From: an uncultured Candidatus Saccharibacteria bacterium
GTDB lineage: Bacteria; Patescibacteriota; Saccharimonadia; Saccharimonadales; JACQNP01
Assembly (NCBI GenBank): GCA_964590725.1
Contig: CAZPWF010000001.1
Location: forward strand, 23,937-87,936
Length of the DNA: 64,000 nt
Reading direction: 5' to 3'
Shown here one piece after another: positions 58,930 to 64,000 of the stretch. Within the stretch, counting starts at the first letter, position 1. Each line of letters opens with the position of its first letter. The position numbers and the translations under genes were made by a program. The notes under the pieces are model-generated. The model did no database searches. It was not told the DNA's origin and saw only the letters and a list, made by a program, of their open reading frames with translations.

Positions 58930-60066
58930 ATGCCAGAACATTCGCCACAAGAAGTAAATATACAACTCGGAGATGAGATGTCAGAGTATTTCACCAAGGC
59001 TGCAGAGCAAACTTGGGAAATTAGGCCTGACTGTTTGGATACAAGCGGTGTTGCGTTCGGAAGTGCAGCATTAATTGACGGTGATTATTTCTACCAGGGA
59101 GGCAATCATGTTTCCTTTGGTCATCAGCTAGACGGCAGTGGAACAAAGCCAGAAATATCCGAAAGACTCAACGAGCATTTAGGCTCAGCCTTCGACCTAT
59201 TTGCGATGGTTGCAGATGACGCAGCTGCAAGTGGTGGCGAGGTTATTTCGATCGATAATATCTTAGACGTCCGCAAACTAGATGATGACAACGAAGATAT
59301 TATGAATGGTATGCATCAATTAGCTGAGGGCATGGTACGCGCCGCCCACGCAGCTGGCGTGGTTGTCCTATCTGGAGAGATTGCAGAATTAGGACCACGT
59401 ATTCACGGATATGGCGATTTCAACTACAACTGGGGTGGAGTTGCTTTTGTTGCAGTTAACAAAGAACGCCGACTTACAGGCAAAGAATTGCGAGCAGGCC
59501 AAGCGCTTGTGGGCTTTGTCGAGCCAGGCTTTCGTTCAAACGGCATAACTGACGTAAGGAATGCCATGCTGGAACACTACGGTAGCGACTGGCACACACA
59601 GATTGAACCATCACTCAGTAATACAGTTCTTGGCAAGCTCGTTCAAACTCCGTCTACAATCTACGCAAAACTTATGAAAAGTTTGCAAGGAGGTTTTGAC
59701 AAGAGAATTCTGCCAAAAGCCGAGATAACTGGAGTTGCCCATATTACAGGTGGAGGTCAGCCAAGTAAAATCGGACGAATGCTGCTTCGTACAGATGAAC
59801 TCGGTGCAGTCATCGATAATCCTATTGATCCGCCCGCTATGATGTTACATGTTCAAGAACTTCGTAATTTTGACGATAAAAAAGCTTACGGTAAATGGCA
59901 CATGGGGCCAGGTATGATAGTAGCAACTTCGGAGCCAGAGAAGGTTATAGCTGAAGCCGAAATACATAATATTACCGCCAAACAAATTGGCTACTTAACT
60001 GATGAACCAGGTATTCGCATCAAAAACCGGGGCGCTAGGCAAGATGATAACTGGTTAGAATTCTAA
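58930..60066 (+). CDS. purM: Phosphoribosylformylglycinamidine cyclo-ligase (AIR synthase), PurM-like
   Basis: 378 aa. DGSGTKPEIS (PurM DGVGTK motif), FDLFAMVADD, SGEIAELGP matching the PurM N/C AIRS domains. Confidence 0.7.
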   Translation: MPEHSPQEVNIQLGDEMSEYFTKAAEQTWEIRPDCLDTSGVAFGSAALIDGDYFYQGGNHVSFGHQLDGSGTKPEISERLNEHLGSAFDLFAMVADDAAASGGEVISIDNILDVRKLDDDNEDIMNGMHQLAEGMVRAAHAAGVVVLSGEIAELGPRIHGYGDFNYNWGGVAFVAVNKERRLTGKELRAGQALVGFVEPGFRSNGITDVRNAMLEHYGSDWHTQIEPSLSNTVLGKLVQTPSTIYAKLMKSLQGGFDKRILPKAEITGVAHITGGGQPSKIGRMLLRTDELGAVIDNPIDPPAMMLHVQELRNFDDKKAYGKWHMGPGMIVATSEPEKVIAEAEIHNITAKQIGYLTDEPGIRIKNRGARQDDNWLEF

Positions 60067-60644
60067 GTTGCACGCACATAGACAACCTCGGGTTCTGGCC
60101 AGAAGTCAGAAATAATTTTGCCCAGTTCTTCCTCACTGAAATCTACCGAATAGCCCTTATATCTTCCAAAAACCACCGAATCACCATCGACTTCGGCATT
60201 TTGATGCATAGCCTTCACTCTTGCAGCATTGTCTGGATATATTGCTAACTCTTCAATATCTTCTAACCTTATAGCGCTAGAAAGTTGAATATCAGTTACG
60301 TGATGCAGTAAGTGCGCTATCGGAACGCTGTTTTCGCGGAAACTTGTTACTGCCTCTACGAAACCTTCATGCAATACACCCCGATCATTGGGCTTGTTAG
60401 ACCAACATATCGTGTTATTTGCATCATCCTCATTGCGATCCGTCCATTGGCTTGTTAGCCCCACGCCCGTATCAAATATCCCTACACCTTCTGTGGTGCG
60501 AATACGCACATACGGACTACTAAAGCCGCTAAACTTATTGAAGGGGACACCCAAAACTGCCAGAACTGGATATTTTTGCTCAATAAACTCATCGAGTCGA
60601 CTTTTCTGGAATTGTGCATCTGGGAATAATTCACCCTGGGACAT
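60063..60644 (-). CDS. Hypothetical protein (193 aa), last gene of tRNA-Glu-adjacent cluster
   Basis: Long ORF convergent with purM (4-nt stop overlap). No recognised catalytic motif. Higher GC by eye than surrounding genes. Confidence 0.45.
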   Translation of the reverse strand: MSQGELFPDAQFQKSRLDEFIEQKYPVLAVLGVPFNKFSGFSSPYVRIRTTEGVGIFDTGVGLTSQWTDRNEDDANNTICWSNKPNDRGVLHEGFVEAVTSFRENSVPIAHLLHHVTDIQLSSAIRLEDIEELAIYPDNAARVKAMHQNAEVDGDSVVFGRYKGYSVDFSEEELGKIISDFWPEPEVVYVRAT

Positions 60645-60809
60645 TTTATAATTTTAATCCATACATCGGTGATTAACAAAAGCGCTAACTAAACAATATT
60701 CTTATGTTATTAACGTTCTGTCGCTCGAAATATTAGAACACACGCGGTATTCCAGTAGTGGAGGACCACAATATTAGGCACGGTCCTAACGTTAAATCTT
60801 AGGAAGTGC

Positions 60810-61310
60810 TTAAAATCGGTCCTGTTCAATAGGAAGTAGCATAACTTCATCTCGAACTGGGATAAAAATTTGTTCTGTAAGCCAGTCCACAGTTGCACTA
60901 TTCAGAACGCGCTCGTCAAGCTCAATCTCAGTACGTAAATGAACATCTTTCATATCTAATCCTATGCTGGTATGCCTAAAGTTATAGTTAGTACTAATAT
61001 GTATACGAAAGTTAGGGCCATCAATAAGGCCAGTCCTAACAGTCGGGTATCCCTGATCAGAAGTTAAGGCACCGGTTTCACCATAAAATATGTGGTCTGT
61101 AGTAGTGAAGTGTGGCAAAAATATTATTTGTTGCACAGTCTTCAGAAGCTTACGGTATCGTTCTACAGTTGCTATGTCGTCGGTACAGTCTGGTCGCGAA
61201 GGCAAACACAAGTTACCGAGCCTTATGCTCCTCACAGCGTTGGTGTTTTCTTGAGTGTAGCCGGATATCTCAAAGCCTTCCTGGCTAATCCTAGGCAGAA
61301 AGGTGGTCAT
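60810..61310 (-). CDS. dCTP deaminase / dUTPase superfamily protein (Dcd-like)
   Basis: 166 aa. NAVRSIRLGNL (E. coli Dcd NGATVDVRLGN), HIFYGETGAL (Dcd FYLHPGELAL), RTGLIDGPNFRIHISTNYN (Dcd RIDPGWSGCIVLEFYN). Confidence 0.5.
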   Translation of the reverse strand: MTTFLPRISQEGFEISGYTQENTNAVRSIRLGNLCLPSRPDCTDDIATVERYRKLLKTVQQIIFLPHFTTTDHIFYGETGALTSDQGYPTVRTGLIDGPNFRIHISTNYNFRHTSIGLDMKDVHLRTEIELDERVLNSATVDWLTEQIFIPVRDEVMLLPIEQDRF

Positions 61311-61312
61311 AC

Positions 61313-61849
61313 CTAACTATCTCCAGACCTCAATAGCTTCCCAATGAGTCCTGCATGGCCTTCGCGTCTTGCAGCTCGTTTCTGAGCTTGTCTACGTTCA
61401 CGTTCTTCTTCCTGACTCTTATGTGCTTCTAGCCAGCTTAGATCGGATATAGCTAGGCTATATTCATTGCCGCCGCCGTAATGTCGTTCACGGGCAGTGA
61501 GAATGCCAGCCTGCACCAATCCTTCCAAGTTCGCTTCCATCGCCTTAAGGTCACTTCGAAGGCTTCCTGCTGCAATTTCGGGAATAGTTAAATGTGCATG
61601 GTCTCTACTGGCAATAGCCATTAGTAAACCCTGTGGTCGTTGAACCTTTACTTCTAAACCAGCTGTAGCACTTATTTCGTGCGTATAGCGTAGGATCTCT
61701 TCGAGCTCCCATCGAATGTATTCATTTACGGTCAGTTTTTCGCCTTCTGGGCCAATGAATGTTGCTTCTGGGTTTATATTTGGGATTTCACTCATAGTTT
61801 TCAATCTTCCTTTATAAAAGCTCAGGTGGCTCAGCGTGAACATAAGCAA
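61313..61849 (-). CDS. Hypothetical protein (178 aa) with Arg/Glu-rich C-terminal tail
   Basis: ORF 2 nt upstream of the Dcd-like gene. Weak resemblance to all-alpha MazG-type EExxE proteins (WELEEIL). Not confirmed. Confidence 0.4.
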   Translation of the reverse strand: MLMFTLSHLSFYKGRLKTMSEIPNINPEATFIGPEGEKLTVNEYIRWELEEILRYTHEISATAGLEVKVQRPQGLLMAIASRDHAHLTIPEIAAGSLRSDLKAMEANLEGLVQAGILTARERHYGGGNEYSLAISDLSWLEAHKSQEEERERRQAQKRAARREGHAGLIGKLLRSGDS

Positions 61850-62048
61850 TACTCATGCCATCGATTTCTTCAGGAAATTCAGATGTATCAACATCAGGGA
61901 GCACATATATTTGTAACACTCCTGTTTCACTATCAAGGCAAACCTCGTTTGCGAAATCATTATTCGTTAAATAGTCATGCGCCCATTCATCTACAGATGA
62001 TGGGGCATCTTGCGATGGCTGCCATCCGCCTTCAAATCCATTTGTCAT
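61812..62048 (-). CDS. Small acidic hypothetical protein (78 aa)
   Basis: Short ORF overlapping the start of the next gene by 38 nt. Highly acidic. Confidence 0.3.
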   Translation of the reverse strand: MTNGFEGGWQPSQDAPSSVDEWAHDYLTNNDFANEVCLDSETGVLQIYVLPDVDTSEFPEEIDGMSIAYVHAEPPELL

Positions 62049-62147
62049 TTATTTGTCTCCTTACGTGTTAGTAAAAATCATTTAAACCTTGGATGCAAGC
62101 ATGAGCAAAAACAAAAAAGCACCTTACTTTTCAAAGTGCTTATGCTT

Positions 62148-62222
62148 TGGTGATCTCACCGGGAATCGAACCCGGATTGCCAGGATGAGAACCTGGTGTC
62201 CTAACCGTTAGACGATGAGACC
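62148..62222 (-). tRNA. tRNA-Glu (anticodon CUC), CCA encoded
   Basis: Reverse complement folds as acceptor GGTCTCA/TGAGATC, D-stem GTCT/GGAC, anticodon stem CCAGG/CCTGG with loop TTCTCAT, T-loop GGTTCGATTCC, terminal ACCA. 75 nt. Confidence 0.8.
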
Positions 62223-62413
62223 ATATGTTAACTATTCTACTGTAAAGGTACATGTGTTTTTTTAAATCAGTTCTTTAGTAACGGTTAAGATTTCCTAGTC
62301 ACGTTCCGCGACCCCGAAACTTCATGACTGAAAACAAGTTTTCATCAGAAGGTTTCCTTGCGCCTCGCCGCAGGCGAGACTCACGTTAGACGATGAGATC
62401 ATTTATAGAACTA

Positions 62414-62455
62414 AGCACTTAGTACGAAGCACTCAGTTACTAGCACTTGATATTA
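62414..62455 (+). repeat. Three direct repeats of AGCACTYAG-type heptamer at 14-nt spacing
   Basis: AGCACTTAGTACGA / AGCACTCAGTTACT / AGCACTTGATATTA, about 70 nt upstream of the sensor kinase start. Confidence 0.4.
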
Positions 62456-62525
62456 CCATAACAGAGGCAGATCGTCTAGATTGTACTAGTAAAAACATAA
62501 GCATTTAGTTTATACTAAACAGAGA

Positions 62526-64000
62526 ATGCAATCAGTTTCAGACCGGTGGTATGTTTTATATAGTCGCGTTTCTTTGATATTGACGTCTATTCTTGCATTT
62601 GTTTGTATTGTCAATCAATTCTTTCCCAAATTTATAATCGATAGCCAAGAACCAGCCCTAAACTACATGACGTTAGGGTTTGCTGCCGTTGAGATCGTCT
62701 ATATATTGGCACTATACAAACGAGAAACCCGTAAAAGTTCCGCATGGCAAGCAACACTCTTACTGTATATGCTCCAGATACTTACAGCGCTTAGCCTTAT
62801 TCATACCACGGGTCAGTTCAAATCAATCTATATGGGAGTTTGGGCGATCCTTGTGTTAGTAAGCGGCATGTTCGGGCTTTACGCAATTATAGGTATTAGC
62901 TTCACGACTTCACTGTATTTTATCCTGACTTCACAATCCCAAAATGGCACATTCGTAATAAATAAAGTAAGTATCGTGGGTCTTTTCGCAAGCTATATTT
63001 TGGCCATCATAAGCTATGTAATATTCCGTGGTTTATACAGCAAAGAGAGTGCCACGCAAATTTCTAAACTATCTGGTGCGCTAAAGAACAAACAGATCCA
63101 GTCAGAAATATTAATGCACTCAATCGCGGACGGTATTATCGTCACAAACACTGAAGGCAAAATCAACCTAATTAACCCGGCCGCTGCGGCTATGACTGAA
63201 TGGCCAGTTGACGAAGCGACCGGTATCGACGTTCAGACTGTAGTAACTCTAAGTTTAGATAATGGCACCCTGATTAATCCAGACGATGACCCGTTCCGTT
63301 CGGCTCTCATACAAAAACAAGCCATTGGAAGCACCTACAAACTTAAAGGTAGAAACAATAAAACTCATATAGTTTCAGTTGTAGTATCTCCGGTACTTAT
63401 ACCTAACTCCGAGGAGATTGCAGGTACGGTTGCAGTTATTCGTGATGTTAGTGCTGCAAAGGCCGAAGAACAACGTCGAGCAGATTTTATCAGCACCGCA
63501 AGTCATGAAATGCGAACTCCTGTGGCCGCCATAGAAGGCTACCTTGCGCTTGCACTAAACGACCGCGTTAGTAAGATTGACGCTAAGGCACGGGACTACC
63601 TTGAAAAGGCTCACTCTAGCACTCAGCATCTTGGTCAGCTCTTCCAGGATCTACTAACAAGCGCTAAGGCTGAAGACGGTAGGCTGGTAAGTCACCCTGT
63701 AGTAGTAGAGGTTGGCACATATCTCGAACAAATTGCCGATTCACTACGATTTAGTGCCGAAAAGAAAGGCCTGCTAGTTGAATTTATTATTGGTACTAGC
63801 GATACAGCGAATGATGCAAGCAGCCCACGCGTAGTCAAGCCACTTTATTACACTCACGCTGATCCAGACCGATTGAGAGAAGTTATAACTAATATATTTG
63901 ATAATGCAGTGAAGTACACAGAAAAGGGTAAAATATCTATTGGTTTAACCGGCAATACTGATGTAGTGCAGTTTTATATCCGCGATACTGGTGCAGGCAT
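62526..64000 (+). CDS. Sensor histidine kinase, 3'-truncated by window end (multi-TM sensor, PAS, HisKA, HATPase_c)
   Basis: Open frame from ATG 62526 to the window edge, not in the supplied ORF track. Five or six TM helices. PAS-like MHSIADGIIVTNTEGKINLINPAAAAM. H-box FISTASHEMRTPVAAIEGYL. N-box ITNIFDNAVKYT and IRDTGAG near the end. Confidence 0.75.
   Translation, partial: MQSVSDRWYVLYSRVSLILTSILAFVCIVNQFFPKFIIDSQEPALNYMTLGFAAVEIVYILALYKRETRKSSAWQATLLLYMLQILTALSLIHTTGQFKSIYMGVWAILVLVSGMFGLYAIIGISFTTSLYFILTSQSQNGTFVINKVSIVGLFASYILAIISYVIFRGLYSKESATQISKLSGALKNKQIQSEILMHSIADGIIVTNTEGKINLINPAAAAMTEWPVDEATGIDVQTVVTLSLDNGTLINPDDDPFRSALIQKQAIGSTYKLKGRNNKTHIVSVVVSPVLIPNSEEIAGTVAVIRDVSAAKAEEQRRADFISTASHEMRTPVAAIEGYLALALNDRVSKIDAKARDYLEKAHSSTQHLGQLFQDLLTSAKAEDGRLVSHPVVVEVGTYLEQIADSLRFSAEKKGLLVEFIIGTSDTANDASSPRVVKPLYYTHADPDRLREVITNIFDNAVKYTEKGKISIGLTGNTDVVQFYIRDTGAG

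Noticed and set aside
62223-62540. Possible tmRNA / RNase P / SRP RNA in the structured spacer
   Set aside because: None of the diagnostic conserved motifs (tmRNA tRNA-like 3' end with GGTTCGA-CCACCA, RNase P GGAAAGTCCGG, SRP AGGTCCGGAAGGAAGCAGC) is present.
1-64000. CRISPR arrays, transposases, integrases, restriction-modification genes
   Set aside because: No spacer-repeat periodicity in any intergenic region. No DDE/HUH transposase, tyrosine/serine recombinase, or methyltransferase motifs recognised in any ORF.

Overview
This 64 kb window is a low-to-moderate GC bacterial chromosome segment (no GC calculation done; roughly 38-42% by eye). It is densely coding with short intergenic spacers and many 1-4 nt start/stop overlaps. 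The gene content suggests a monoderm (Gram-positive-type envelope) organism. Supporting this are a sortase, a prepilin-type type IV pilin, two MacB/FtsX-type ABC pairs, an RND pump without a membrane-fusion or outer-membrane partner, and a VKOR-type disulfide oxidoreductase. Several families typical of Patescibacteria/CPR are present (a DUF5665-like small protein, very large repeat-rich surface proteins), but I cannot verify taxonomy from sequence alone.

Recognisable housekeeping genes are gltX, pyrH, xth, rlmH, a Ham1/RdgB NTP pyrophosphatase, a purN-purS/L(fused)-purQ-purM operon, a umuD-umuC-like operon, an ABC-F ATPase, TerC, a two-component sensor kinase with an orphan receiver, and a second sensor kinase truncated by the window end. 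There are three tRNAs: Ser-GGA, Leu-CAA and Glu-CUC.

The most unusual region is a ~17 kb minus-strand surface-protein super-locus (13.8-30.6 kb). It comprises a MacB-type ABC pair, a 2057-aa N-terminally anchored protein with about 14 tandem ~50-aa propeller-like repeats plus LamG and Fn3-like domains, an 864-aa T/A/G-rich anchored protein, two paralogous signal-peptide/C-terminal-TM proteins, two paralogous Thr/Ser/Ala-rich secreted proteins sharing a conserved C-terminal motif, and a PKD-like anchored protein. The composition resembles the Firmicute Csc/WxL cell-surface-complex clusters.

Other noteworthy items:
- a PAP2 phosphatase / protein-kinase-fold / flippase-like triple fusion (11474-13834);
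- two Tubby/LURP1-fold paralogs flanking a CPBP (CAAX-protease/Abi) gene just after tRNA-Ser;
- a four-gene cluster of unknowns next to tRNA-Glu that includes a dCTP-deaminase/dUTPase-fold protein, with a partial duplicate of the tRNA 5' end nearby.

No CRISPR array, transposase or integrase was seen.
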